Shown: positions 23,231-40,752 of the stretch, piece by piece
How positions within the stretch are numbered: position 1 is the first letter of the stretch
How the letters are laid out: each line of letters starts with the position of its first letter
Origin: the human T2T-CHM13v2.0 reference genome, Homo sapiens
Reading direction: 5' to 3'
DNA length: 64,000 nt
Assembly: GCA_009914755.4 (NCBI GenBank)
Contig: CP086569.2
Coordinates: 6,816,001-6,880,000 of the forward strand
Notes under the pieces: model-generated
The model's database searches: none
What the model saw: the letters and a program-made list of their open reading frames with translations, nothing else
Told to the model about the DNA's origin: nothing
Made by a program: the position numbers and the translations under genes

Positions 23231-24183
23231 ACAATACCAACTAATATTCAGGCCTCTAGGGCCTCTTGCTTCTGGACAGTTAGTCCTTTGGTGCTGCTCT
23301 GAGCTCTCTCTGGTTTTGGCTTTCCCTGTTCCAGGACCCAGGGGAAATAAATAGTGTGTGTGTGGAAAAAAGATGCCTGAGGCTGTAGTGGCATCAGAGT
23401 TTCCATAAATGTCCTGATAGCACAAAGGGTGGAGCAGCAGAGCACTAAAGTGCCAGTAGGTGTGACTGGAACATCACCACTCAGAGACGAAGAGCCCTAC
23501 TGCATAGTAGGATGCAAAAGTATTCAAAACAGATGGTGTTTCTACCCATGTGGAGGCTACAGTCAGTGTCCCCAAGGACGATTATGAGGAGGAATGAGGC
23601 TCCCCAGGAAGTTATAAGTGGCTTTTCTCTCTTTACAGCAGCAGTAGGGAGAATCCAGAGACTAAAGTCCACAACCAGCCACTTGTGCTGTCTATTGAGA
23701 CTGGGGTTTAGAGTCTCAATAGCTCAATGCAGATACTTTCATTACCAGCTTTGAAACATTCCCTATAACCTTTATAAAATTAATCACGGAGTAAGAGAAG
23801 GGAGAAAAGAAAATAAAGCAAGCTTGCAGCCCATGCAACTTCATCTTGAGGTCAGCCTGCTCTCTGCCCTGCAACCTCATGGTTGTTTGGTGCCTCTTGT
23901 CTTAAAAGCACATAGATGCTAGATTATAGTTCCCCTTAACTGCTCTGTAGACAACAACTTGAAATTTAGGAAACATAACACTTTCCTTTTGAGATAGTCT
24001 TTCACATCTTGGCTTTTCCCATTGCTATGACCATCACTGTGGCCATTCCTGCATTCTGCACATGCCTGGCTATAGTGATAGTGATAGGAATCTATACAGA
24101 TGATACAATTTCACAGCACTATACACTCACACATATTTTACATAAAACCCATGAACATAATGTAATGTAGTGAAGAGTATTTG

Positions 24184-24545
24184 ATATGGCTTTGCTGTGT
24201 GCCCACCAAAATCTCATCTTGAATTTTGAATTGTAGTTCTCACTATTCCCATGTTTTGTGGGAGTGACCTACTGAGAGATAATTGAATTATGGGAATAGG
24301 CATGTCCTTATGGTAGTGAATAAGTCTAATGAGATCTGATGATTTTAAAAGGGATTTACCCTTTTGCTTGGTTCTCATTCTCTTTTGCTTGCCATGATGA
24401 AAGGTGTGCTTTTTGCCTTCCACCATGATTGTGAGGCTGCCCCAGCCACATAGAGCTGTGAGGCCATTAACCTCTTTTTCTTTATAAATTACCCACTCTC
24501 AGGTATGTCTTTATCAGCAGAAGAAAATGGACTAATACAGTATTG
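24184..24545 (+). repeat. MaLR LTR (more diverged THE1/MST-like), plus orientation
   Basis: 'tgatatggctttgctgtgtgcccaccaaaatctcatcttgaatt...ctttataaattacccactctcaggtatgtctttatcagcag...ggactaataca'. Confidence 0.75.
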
Positions 24546-26559
24546 TACCAATGTCAGTTGACAGTTTTGATTATCTGTAATAGTTAAGTATGATGCTATC
24601 ATTGTTAAATCTAAGTGAAGTGTCCACATGAACTCTGTATCATTTTTGCAATAATTTGTGTGTCTTAAAAATTATCTTAAAATAAAAAGTTAAAAACACT
24701 TAATGAAATAAATGATGGGTCCATTCCCAGTCATTGGAATCAGAGAAGAGGAAAATACTAAATCACTATATTCTAAGACTGTTCAACTACAGGAGGACTG
24801 AGTGGGTCAGTCCCTCTGGAAAATTGCCAGAGGTGACCAGTGGAAATTGATCCTGTAGACTCCTTCATTCACAGTATACATTTGGTCTTCTGATCACTTG
24901 AATCAGATATGTGTCAAAACTAAAGCTCATTGGATGTTTATGATGAACTGATACAGCCAATTCTCATTACTCACAGGACTCATTTTATAAAATTGTCAAA
25001 AACACTGAATTCGCTAAGACTGAACCATTGGTACTCATATGAGAAATATGAGGTTAGGTTCCTGTAAGCATCTGGCCACATTTTCATCAAATTATCAACA
25101 CACAGCCTTGTTTTCACTGTGTTTCTACTTAAAAGCACATTGTTTAATACATATTGTTGACTCATTCTCATTGAATGCATGGCCAACAACTCTTACTCCT
25201 GCCTGAACACCTGAAGAAAGTGTCTCTACAACACATATTTTCTTTGTAAGCAATATCACAACCTTCTTGCACTTAGGAACACTAGCTAGCACTTCAGCAC
25301 TATGCTTGGGGTCATTTTAAACAGCAAAATTACCAGCAGAAACAGGCTGCATTTTGCAAAAATGAAAAAAGCATGGCATTCCATAGACCACAGCAAGACA
25401 CTTGTTTACACTATAAGCTGAAATAAGAAAGCAGAGCATTACCTTGTTCAAGCGTAGCCAGAAATGTGCAAACTAGGTAACTCAAATTATTCAATGCTTT
25501 AAATGTTCATGAAAGTGCAATGAGTATTAACTTTCAGTTACAAAGAAATTAGAGCAAGTAGTTGAATTTGCAAAGAGAGAATCTGCAAATGAAGAAGATT
25601 GACTCTACTTGGGTAACCCCCTCAAAATCTTGACCCCTGGCATTTACGCCCTTGTGTATACCTTTCTGTTGAACCAGAGTAGCCCTAGGATATGCTTTAT
25701 CCAGTGCTATATGGCAGAGGGTGGCTGCACTCACCCCGCACTAAGAAGAACTGGAAGTTTCTGCTTTTGCAACATGGAATAAGTCACCTTCTAACTACCT
25801 AACTACTAATTGTAAGAAGCCTGAATTGTTCCTGTGGAGGAGAATCAAGGCCAGGCCAGTCAATAGTCATACTGAGCTTCTGGCCTTCAGACAGCACTCC
25901 TCTGCCAGCCCAATGCATGGGGCATCTTGGGAGTAGAATACTTCAGTCACGCCCAAAATGTTCTGCTTATGTCCCAGGGAGCAGAGAAGTGCTGTGTCCA
26001 CCAAACTCTGCCATGTGGCAGGATTCCAAGCTAATGACTGAAATGGGCATAGTCATAGCCATTTTTCCTCTAGTCTTTCTCTACCTGATATACACCTTGC
26101 TCCTAGGAGATGCTTCCCTTGACTTCTAAGACTGTTTTCCCAAACCCCACTTGTTTTGAAATGCAAATATATGCATTCTCAATGCAAGGGATCTCTTTCA
26201 AGAATTGAAGAACTAAAACAGGATGCCACCCTTCAGCTTTCTTGAAATCTCTTTGGATCAACATCAGCCAAAGAAAAACAGTTACTAAAAGGGTCTGTAT
26301 TTTTCTTTTTTTTTTTCTTGTTTTCTTTTCTTTTTTTTTTTTCTTTTTTCTTTTTTTAATCATACTTTAAGTTCCAGGGTACATGGGCAAAACGTGCAGG
26401 TTTGTTACATATGTATACATGTGCCATGTTGTTGTGCTTCACCCATTAACTCGTCATTTACATTAGGTATATCCCCTAATGCTATCCCTCTCCCCTCCAC
26501 CCACCCCACAACAGGCCCCAGTGTGTGATGTTGCCCTTCCTGTGTCCAAGTGTTCTCAT

Positions 26560-30355
<3,796 letters not shown>

Positions 30356-30419
30356 TATGATGTTAGCTGGTTACTTTGCTCGTTAGTTGATGCAGTTTCT
30401 TCCTAGCATTGATGGTCTT

Positions 30420-31420
30420 TATAATTTGGCATATTTTTGCAGTGGCTGGTACCAGTTTTTCCTTTCCATGTTTGGTGCTTTCTTCAGGAGCTCTTGTAAG
30501 GTAGGCCTGGTGGTGACAAAACCTCTCAGCATTTGCTTGTCTGTACAGGATTTTATTTCTCCTTTGCTTATGAAGCTTAGTTTGACTGGATATGAAATTC
30601 TGGCTTGAAAATACTTTTCTTTTTGAATGTTGAATATTGGCCCCCACTCTCTTCTGGCTTGTAGAGTTTCTGCCAAGAGATCTGATGGGCTTCACTTTGT
30701 GGGTAACTCGAACTTTCTCTCTTGCTGGCCCTTAACATTTTTTCCTTCCTTTCAGGTTTGGTGAATCTGACAATTATGTGTCTTGGAGTTCCTATTCTCA
30801 AGGAGTATCTTTGTGACAGTCTCTGTATTTCCTGAATTTGAATGTTGGCATGCCTTGCTAGGTTGGGGAAGTTCTGCTGGATAATATCCTGCAGAGTGTT
30901 TTCCAACTTGGTTCCATTCTCCCCATCACTTTCAGGTACACCAATTGGACATAGATTTGGTTTTTCCATAGTCTCATATTTCTTGGAGGCTTTGTTCATT
31001 TCTTTTTATTCTTTTTTCTCTAAACTTCTCTTCTCACTTCATTTCATTCATTTGATCTTCAGTCACTGATACCCTTTCTTCCATTTGACCAAATTGGCTA
31101 CTGAAGCTTGTGCTTTTGTCACGTAGTTATTGTGCTATGGTTTTCAGCTCCATTAGGTTATTTAAGGACTTCTCTACACTGGTTAATCTAGTTAGACATT
31201 CATCTAATCTTTTTTCAAGGTTTTTAACTTCTTTGCAATGGGTTCAAACTTCCTCCTTTAGCTCAGAGAGTTTTGATTATCTGAAGCCTTCTTCTCTCAA
31301 TTCGTCAAAGTCATTCTCCATCCAGCTTTGTTCCATTGCTGGTGAGGAGCTGCATTCCTTTGGAGGGGGAAAGGTGCTCTGATGTTAGAATTTTCAGCTT
31401 TTCTGCTCTGTTTTTTCCCC
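30420..31420 (-). pseudogene. L1 ORF1p remnant (frameshifted)
   Basis: ORFs 31297-31536 ('MGKKQSRKAENSNIRAPFP') and 30577-30999 ('LENTLQDIIQQNFPNLARHANIQIQEIQR...RHIIVRF') match the L1 ORF1p N- and C-terminal halves in different frames. Confidence 0.8.
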
Positions 31421-33207
31421 ATCTTTGTGGTTTTATGTACCTTTGGTCTTTGATGATGGTGACGTACAGATGGGGTTTTGGTGTGGATGTCCTTTCTGTT
31501 TGTTAGTTTTCCTTCTAACAGCACCCTCAGTTGCAAGTCTGTTGGAATTTGCTGGAGGTCCTCTCAAAACCTTGTTTGCCTGGGTATCAGCAGCAGAGGC
31601 TGCAGAACAGGGAATATTGCTGAACAGCAAATACTGCTGCCTGATCATTCCTCTGGAAGTTTCATCTCAGATGGGTACCTGGCTGTGTGAGGTGTCAGTC
31701 TGCCTCTACTGGGGGATGCCTCCCAGTTAGGCTACTCAGGGTTCAGGGACCCACTTAAGGAGGCAGTCTGTCCATTCTCAGATCTCAAACTCCATGCTGG
31801 GAGAACCACTACTCTCTTCAAGCTGTCAGACAGGGACATTTAAGTCTGTAGAGGTTTCTGTTGCCTTTTGTTCAGCTATGCCCTGCCCCCAGAGGTGGAG
31901 TCTACAGAGGCAGGCAGGCCTCCTTCAGCTGTGGTGGGTTCCACCCAGTTCGAGCTTCCCAGCTGCTTTGTTTACCTACTCAAGCCTCAGCAATGGTGGG
32001 TGCCCCTCCCCCAGCCTCGCTGCCACCTTGCAGTTCAATCTCAGACTGCTGTGCTAGCAACGAGCAAGGCTCCATGGGTGTGGGATCCTCTGAGCCAGGC
32101 ACAGAATATAATCTCCTGGTGTGCCGTTTGCTAAGACCATTGGAAAAGCAGAGTATTAGGGTGGGAGTGACCCAATTCTCCAGGTGCTGTGTGTCACAGC
32201 TCTGCTTGGCTATGAAAGGGAATTCCCTGACCCTTTACACTTCCTGGGTGAGGTGATGGCTCACCCTGCTTTGGCTTATGCTCGGTGTGCTGCACCCATT
32301 GTCCTGCACCAACTGTCCAACAAGCCCCAGTGAGATGAACCTGGTACCTCAGTTGGAAATGCAGAAATCACCTGTCTTCTGCTGCACTCACACTGGGAGC
32401 TGTAGACTGGAGCTGTTCCTATTCAGCCATCTTGGAACTGCCCCCTGAGGGTCTGTATTTTTCTAAGAGTGGTTGTTGCCATTTACTACTTTGTTTTTGA
32501 AATCACTGTTTTGCATCTGGGTGAGACTAACATGGGTTATGTGATGATCCAATATTTATTGTTTACTATTGCTACTGAAATTATTTCTTACAAAGTTCTC
32601 TTCAGGTGGGAAGGAGGCAAATATTGATGTGAATGCAATGTTGTACACTTATTCTATGACCTGAAGATCAATCAATTCAAAGTAAATTAGTGACAACAAT
32701 CTTCATTTAACATTTCTGCACTCTCAAAGTACAGGAAAGAATATGAACTGAATTAAATACAAGTACACAGGATTTATAAGTGGAGTCTTCTTGTGTATAC
32801 ATAACAAAAGGTGGTGAACCCACAAAATTCTGTGCATCCTCAAGAGACAGCCTCATGTGGCCCCAGTGGGTCTACAATAGGCAGGTCTGGGCAGAGCAGC
32901 CCCAAATCTGTTAAACAAGAAACAAAACTCCTTAATCACTTGGGCACCATGATGGTGATAACGCACATCTACCTACTATCTAGGGCTCCATGATTAGAGG
33001 TTTAAACTGGGAAACAAACTAGCATTGCCTTTGGTTGGAATGAATTCTTAAGCTCATTAGTTATGTGATAACACCCAGAAAGTTCTGCCACATGACTGTA
33101 GGGTGTCTAGGGATCTTCAGTACAGCTCAGTTCCCACATAAGATTGGTAATGACATCAGAAACCATGTTGCAAAGGGAAGCCTCCAGAGAGAGAGTGAAG
33201 GAGTTGT

Positions 33208-34650
33208 TTGATGAATGCACCAGAACAGCCAAATTCTGCAGGTAACTTTGTTTTATTTCTTTGTCTCCAGCAAAACTGGCCATCTATGAACTTTTGTAAG
33301 ACACTAGTGGCTCATACCAAATTTGAGGTAGTAAGGGGATCTACAGAGACCACAGAAGGGAAGGGAAATCTACAAGAGAAGCAGGAAAAGCCTGTTCTAG
33401 AAGCCCCTCCAAAGGAAAAGGAGTTTCCTCCTCTCTATGTTCCAATGTAACCATTGTTTTCAAGGTTAAGGAAAGGTGTTACACAGGTGGCCCTTGAAGA
33501 ATCAAACTCAGAGGAGAGTGAATCCCAGGCATCACTCCATAGGGAAGAGCCTGACCTCCTGCCCATAAAAACTAAGGAGGAACGTCAGGGTGATGAGGCA
33601 TGCCATCTTAGATTGGGCCACACCTGAGCCTTGCAAATACCCCTCTGGGAGACTCAAAGCCAAATCTATCATGATGAAGAAGGTCAGGTCCAGGAAGGAC
33701 AAGTCTTTTGGTTTATCAAACTTTCTCCACCACCAACCTTCTAAACTGGAAACATCATGCTCCCTCCTATATGGAAAAGCCCCAGACCCTTATACACTTG
33801 ATGCAGTCTGTCTTCCTGACTCATAATCCTACCTGGCCAGACTGTCAGCAACTCCTCTTAATGCTGTTCAATATGAAGGAACACCATACTGTGGCTCAAA
33901 CAGCCCTCCAGTGGTTAGACAGCAATGTGCCTCAAGGCACAAATGATGTCTGGTGATATGCACAGGAAAGATTCCCAGAGACAGACCCTAGCTGGAACCC
34001 CAATGAGGCAGGAGGGTTGCAAAACCTGCAGAGGTTTCGGGAGGCACTCCTAAATGGAATAAAAGCTGAAGGGAAAAAGGCAATGAATATAGGAAAAGTC
34101 TCAGAGGTTCGGCAAAAGGCCGATGAAAGTCCCAGTAAGTTTTATGAAAGACTTTGTGAGGCATACTGGCTTTAGACTCCATTTGACCCAGAGGCTGTGG
34201 GGAATCAGTGCATGGTCAGTGTGGCATTTGTAGGCCAGGCGCAAGGTGATACTAGGTGGAAGCTTCAGAATTTAGAAGGTTTTGAGTGCATGAATGCTAC
34301 TCAGCTTATACAAGTGGCCACTAAGCCGTCTCTTAACCAAGAGGAGGGAGCCAAGAAAGAGGCTAAGCTAAAGGCTAAGGAGAAGGCTGATCTGTTGGTG
34401 GCTGCATTGGTTGAAAAAGAGACTGATTTTGTCAGAGGATAAGGATGTGGTCATGGAAGAGGTCCAGTGAGACCAGGGTTTGAAGGCCACACAAGGCTAG
34501 AGAGGGATCAATGTGGAAGATGCAAGCAGAAAGCACACTGGAAGGATGAATATTCAGAGAGAGAAAAGGATGAGAACAGCAGTCCAGAAGCGGGCACTTT
34601 GTTTAGACTGTCAGCTATGAGTTGATGTGTCCTGAAGCTAGACACTGACC
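33208..34650 (+). pseudogene. ERV-3 gag remnant (MA / p12-like, CA, degenerate NC)
   Basis: 'FSTTNLLNWKHHAPSYMEKPQTLIHLMQSVFLTHNPTWPDCQQLL' is the gamma-type CA motif. 'FPPLY' is a late-domain-like motif. A degenerate knuckle 'CGRCKQKAHWKDEY' is present. Confidence 0.75.
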
Positions 34651-34718
34651 TTGTCGGCCTCAAAGACTATGAAGACTGAGATAGACCAGGCTCCATCTTT
34701 CTAGGCCCCTGGGAGCCT

Positions 34719-34901
34719 ATGGTCACAATGGAAGTGGGAGGCCAGCAGGTAGACTTTATGGTGGACACTGGTGCTGAACATTCAGTGGTGACTCGGCCCA
34801 TAGGCCCTCTATCTAAAAACTGTGCAACTATAGTTGAGGCAACCAGTGTTTCAGAAAAGAGGCCATTCTTTCAATCCAGAAGGTGTGTTATTGGAGGATG
34901 A
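34719..34901 (+). pseudogene. ERV-3 protease remnant
   Basis: 'VDFMVDTGAEHSVV' (DTGA active site). Confidence 0.75.
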
Positions 34902-35199
34902 GAAGTCCAACATGAATTCTTATATCTGCCAAATTGCCTGGTGCCCCTGCTAAGGAGAGACTTACTTCAAAAGCTGCAAGTGCAGGTCTCTTTCAGGGCA
35001 GGAGAAGGCATGGTGCTAGATCTCAGTCGGCCAAAATCTATGATGTTAATGCTTACCCTTCCACAGACTGAGGAGTGGAGGCTATATGTAAAAGAGGCAG
35101 ACAAGCCATTTAAGTTTATGGACAGGCTATTTGATGAACTGGTTTCTAAGATTCCTGAAGTTTGGGTGGAAGAAAACCCACCAGGACTGGCTATAAACC

Positions 35200-36900
35200 A
35201 GTGCCAGTGGTAATGGAATTAATTCCAGGTGCTTCACTGATGCACATTCCTCAATACCAAGTGTCTACAGAGGCAGTGTGAGGAATGATCAAGCACGTAA
35301 ATCAGCTATTAGAACACAGAATTATAAAAAAGTGTAAGTCACCTTGGAAAATACCTCTTTTACCGGTGCAAAAACTGTCTGGCAGGTTTAGACCAGTACA
35401 AGATCTCCAGGCTATAAATAAAGTCACTGTTACTCTACATGCAGTGGTGCCCAACCCATACACTCTGAGGGGCCATATTCCTGCCCATGCTGCCTGGTTC
35501 ACCTGCTTAGACTTAAAAGATGCTTTCTTTTGCCTCTGGTTAGTGCCAGTGAGCCAACCTATTTTTGCATTTCAATGGGGAGAAACACAATATACCTGGA
35601 CCAGACTCCCACAAGGGTTCAAAAACTTCCCTACTATCTTTGATGAGGCATTAGCAACAGTTCTCAAGGTTTTTCCTGCCAAATGACAAGTGTGTTCTGT
35701 ACAATACATAGATGACATTTTGTTTGTGGCCCCCACCAAGGAAGATTGTCTCCAGGGCACAGAAGTCCTCCTTCGCCTTCTATGGAAGGCAGGCTATAAG
35801 GTGTCTCAGAAAAAGGCCCAAATGTGTGGTAAAAGAGTAAAGTATCTGGGATTCTTGGTAACCCAGGGGCAATGCAAACTTGGCAGCAAGCAAAAACAGG
35901 CTTTGTGCACACTTCCTACCCAAATGACCCACCGCCAAATAAGGGGGTTTCTGGGAGCCGCAGGTTTCTGCTGCATTTGGATTCCAAACTTTTCACTTAT
36001 GGCAAAACCCTTACATGAAGCCACAAAGCGGGAGAAAAACAGACCCTCCTTTGGGGTATTGAGCAAGAGAAGCCTTTAATAAGATAAAAAAGGACTTAAT
36101 TCAAGCCCCAGCCTTGGGACTACCAGACCTGACAAAGCTTTTCTTCCTCTAGGTGCACAAGAAGCAAAGGATAGTAGTAGAAGTTTTAGTTCAGATCGTA
36201 GGATCGTGGTATCAACCTGTGGCATACTTGTCAAAATGGCTGGACCTAGTGGCCCTAGGATCCCCGGTCTCCCCCATTTCCAGGCAATAGCTGCCAGTGC
36301 CATGCTAGCAGAAGATGCCAGTAAATCAACTCTAGGGCAAAAGCTAATTATCCAGGTGCCACATACCATCGTTACCATAATGGAACAGAGGACATCATTG
36401 GCTATCAAGTCCAAGAATGTTAAGGTATCAAGTACTTTTATGTGAAAATCCATATATAACCTTAGAGACTGTGAACACCTTGAATCTGGCCACCCTTCTC
36501 CCCGTAGAGATGCCCAAGCTGCCCAATCATATGCCACAGCATTATTGTGTAGATCTGGTGGATGAGGAGTTCTTGAGTCAGAGAGACTTGAAGGACCAGC
36601 CCTTTTGAGACTCAGAGTTGAATATTTCACAGATGGGAACAGTTTTATATCAGAAGAGGCCCATCGAGCTGGAGATGCAGTAGTGACCATATATTTGGTG
36701 GCAAAGGCCTGGTCTCTGCCCACAGAAACATCAGCTCAAAAGGCAGAGTTAATAGCCCCAACCAGAGCATTGCTATTAGTCAAAGGAAAGTCACTTAATA
36801 TTTGCACACTCAAAGTACACTTTTGCTACATTGCATGCTCATGGAGCTGTTTACAAAGAAAGAGAACTTTTAACTGCTGGGGGAAAGGAAATTAAAAATA
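35200..36900 (+). pseudogene. ERV-3 reverse transcriptase / RNase H remnant
   Basis: 'PWKIPLLPVQK...FRPVQDLQAINK', 'LDLKDAFFCL', 'QYIDDILF' (YxDD), 'IRGFLGAAGFCCIWIPNF', and RNase H 'FTDGNSFI...TSAQKAELIA'. Confidence 0.8.
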
Positions 36901-37239
36901 AGGAAGAAATTTTATAGCTTCTAGTTGCTGTATCAGCTCTGGAGACAGTAGCAGTTATTCACTGTAAAGAACACCAGGTGGGAGATGGCACTGAGGCAAG
37001 AAGAAAGAGGAAAGAGGATAGAGAAGCACAACGAGCAGCCATGACAGATGCACGTCCTGAAAAGGAGACCCAACCGTGCTGCTCTTGCTAGAGCTCTCCT
37101 TACCAGAGGTCCCAAGTTACTCTCTGAATGAAAAAGCCTGGTTTGGGCAAGAGACTGGAAATTACTTAGAAGGAGCCTAGTTGAAATTCTCAGTTGGGAA
37201 CCTGGCCATTCTGGAGGCAACAGTCCCGAGGTTTGTGAA

Positions 37240-37810
37240 GCAGTTCCATCAAGGAATACACATGGGAATAACAGCATGAGACACATCGATCTGGCAGCAC
37301 TTCTATGTGCCACATCTCACTGTTATCACATGAGCTATTAGTGAGCAGTGCCTAACTTGTGGCCAGAATAATCCATGGCAAGGTCAAACCCAGCTTCCAG
37401 AAATTCAAGCAACAGGGGCAGCACCTTGAGAAAATCTGTTCACCGACTTTACTGAGCTGTCTTGAGCTGGAGGCTATCAGTACACGTTAGTGTTTGTTTG
37501 CACCTTCTCCAGGTGGGTTGAGGCATTCCCCACCCAGACAGAGAAAGCACGAGAAGTGACTCAGGTATTATTAAAAGACATTATACTCAGATTTGGACTG
37601 CCATTGACTTTAAGATCAGATAATGGGCCAGCATTTGTAGCTGAAGTTGTTCAACAACTAAACCAATCGTAAAAGATTGAACAGAAATTGCACACCGCTT
37701 ACCATCCACAAAGTTCAGGAGAAGTAGAGCAGTTGAACCGGACGCTCAAGCAACTGCTGAAGAAGTTTTGCCAAGAAACTCATCTCAGGTGGGATCAGGT
37801 CTTGCCCATG
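37240..37810 (+). pseudogene. ERV-3 integrase remnant
   Basis: 'FHQGIHMG...CLTCGQNN' (HHCC), 'DFTEL', '[17 protein letters not shown]', 'YHPQSSGEVEQLNRTLKQLL'. Confidence 0.8.
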
Positions 37811-38449
37811 TCACCTTCTCCGAGTCAGGTGCACCCCTACTAAAAAAAGTGGGTATTTGCCCTACAAAATTGTGTTTGGCTGACCACCACCAATTATAAC
37901 TCATGTTAAAGGTGATCTACGGGAACTAGGGGAATTAACTTTAAGAAGCCAAATGAAGGCCCTAGGGCTGGCTATGCAAAAAGTTTGCGGCTGGGCACAA
38001 GAAAGGATGCCTATAAGCCTAACGGATCCAGTTTACCCTTTTATGCCTGTGGGCCAAATTTAGGTTAAGAAATGGAACCCAGCCACTCTAGGGCCCACAT
38101 GGGATGGGACCCACACTGAAATCTTGTCCACTCCCACTGCTGTTAAAGTCACATGTGTCACACCGATACACTATACCCGACTAAAACTGGCAGCATTGGA
38201 CCAGTGGACCAGTCAGCAGGACCCAGACCATGCAACACAACTGATCCTGTGGTGGACCAGTTTACTACTGAGAAAGACGACTGCCCTGCTCTGACCACTC
38301 TGGAGGCTGGTCAATCTAGACACAGCTGAAGCTTGAGGAAATGCCAAGCCCTGCTCTAGCCACACCACTGGAGGCTGGCTAGTCTAGGCACAGCCAAAGC
38401 CTGAGGAGTCTACATCAGATGAATAAATGCGGATAGGAATTTTAAGTTT

Positions 38450-40440
38450 GTTTGCTATCTTAGTGTTGCTGATTGCCTTGTTACTATGCTATCATTATTG
38501 CCAATCTTTCTGAGAAAGGACTTTTTCTGCCCATGTCTAGTATGAAGATACTGCTTTTTTTTTTTTGCTTTGCTAGCAGCGGTGCATGAGGCTATGCAGG
38601 AAGAAGTACAATTCAAAGAAGGAGGTTCACTCTGCATGCATACTACATTGATAAAGAATGCAGTTGTTAAGACTTTATTATACCACACATACTATGAATG
38701 CCCACGGACTAAGCTAGGTGTCTGTACCCACAATCAAACTATTTACTAAGTCTGTGATCCAGAGAATGAACAACCCTACACATGCTATGACCCAAAGTTC
38801 TTACCTAGGAACTGGTTTGAAATTCATACTGGATCAAAGGAAAGTAGTCTCTTAAATCAGACCAAGATCTCATCCGCCCACAAAGGAGCTGTACCCATGT
38901 ACCTTAATGTATGCCAATGGACATCTAGTAATACAACTTTCTCAAAGTGGTTTCCACATACTTATCCCCTAGCCACTGCTTCTACAGGATACTCCACTTC
39001 CTGCCTAAACAAGAAGGTCTGTAAACCCTTTGTCTGCCCCTCCAAGATTCCAGCAGAGGCTGATTGGTATTGCCCAACACAGTATACAGAACTAGGTGTG
39101 GAACCTGTGACAGTCATGGTTATCCAAATGTAGAAAGACCCAGATTGTAGGACTGGCACACACAATCTTATAATCCTTACTAATTTAAAGCCAGATCTCC
39201 CCACATGGACTACAGGGCTCTCCCTGACATTACAAATGGGAGACCAAAAGTCAGAGAGTAATTTATACATTATAAAGTAGACCTGGACCTGTCCAGCCCA
39301 ACAGCAGTTTCAGGTCTTTAAGTAATTTAATGAGCATTTCAAGCAAGAGGTACCTGAAGTGCCCCCTCGTATAGCTATAAATTTGTTTGCACAGTTGGCT
39401 GAAAACACAGCTGGTAGCCTGGGGATTTCCTCATGTTATGTCTGTGGAGGAACAAATATAGGACACCAATGGCCTTAGAAAGCTAAAGAGATATTGCTTC
39501 AAAAAAATTATACCCTAACCTTTTTATCCTCAGAGCGGACACTCACAAGCCCAAGTGTTTAGCTAGTGAAGACTTTTATCATTAAGAGATACTGCATAGC
39601 CTGTTGGAGAAAGGCTTTTCCTAACCCAGTGGGAGAATTAGCCTGGCTAAGGCAGCAATACTACAATGACACAGTAAGAAAAACTTTGTGATGGGGTAAA
39701 AATAAGCTAGGCAAGAATACCACCAGATAGCCATGCTGCAATCCATTTTCATGTTTCCCTTTCCTGTTTCCCTTCCTTGAACCACTCGTGGTATCAACTA
39801 GAGATACCAGCCACCTGACAAGCAGCTTCTGGCCTGTGTTGGATCTGTGGGGCAAGAGCATATAGGAAATTGCCAGATAAGTGGACAGGAGCTTGCATGC
39901 TAGGAACAATAAAACCTTCATTTTTCCTACTTCCACTACAAAAAGGAGAAATGCAAGGATATCCCATATATGATGAAAATAGAAAGAGAGCTAGAAGGAG
40001 CATAATCTCAAAAATAGATACAAATATCAAGAAGCACATAGACATAGGGGACTGGAAAGACAACGAATCAATGAATGCTCTCTCAAAACAATTATTAAAT
40101 ACTATAGGCCAGCTACCTGGGCACAGAATAGGTCCTGAGGATACTGTACCCCGATCTATATGTTCAACCACATCATAACACTACAAGCTGTACTAGAAAT
40201 CACCACCAATGAAATTGCAAAGGCTTTGGATTTATTGGCTCTACAAGCCACACAGATGAGAACTGCTATATATCAAAATAGGCTGGCATTAGATTACCTC
40301 CTAGCCTCAGAAGGATGTGTCTATGGAAAGTTCAATCGGACGAACCTTTGTCTAGAAATTGATGACAATAGGAAGGCTGTCATGGAAATCACTGCCAGGA
40401 TGCAGAAGTTAGCTCATGTTCCGGTTCAAACTTAGTCAAG
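38450..40440 (+). pseudogene. ERV-3 envelope remnant (SU + TM)
   Basis: A furin-like 'RKRARR' site, then TM '[56 protein letters not shown]' (immunosuppressive-domain region). Confidence 0.75.
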
Positions 40441-40752
40441 ATGGTCTCCAAATTCCCTTTTTGGGGGATAGTTTTTGATCTTTGGAGTATTTAAAACCTT
40501 GATAGAATGGTTCATGCTTATCATAAGTTGGCTGCCTAATACTCCCTTTTCTCCTGCCACTTCTCATCGGAAGTATTCAGACAACTATAGAAGCAATTGT
40601 GGCCAGACACACAACTACTCAGATCTTGGCCCTGACCAAGTATCAGACCCTGCCCCAGGAAGAGTATGTACCAACCCCAGAGGAACTAGATAATTGTGGT
40701 GCTCTCTATTGAAGCCTAATTCTTATATACAGCACCAAAGGGGGGAATAAAG

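Noticed and set aside
24560-25560. Possible DNA-transposon (Tigger/Charlie-like) fragment or conserved non-coding element in the unique-looking AT-rich stretch
   Set aside because: I could not match it to any consensus from memory and found no terminal inverted repeats. It is left unannotated.
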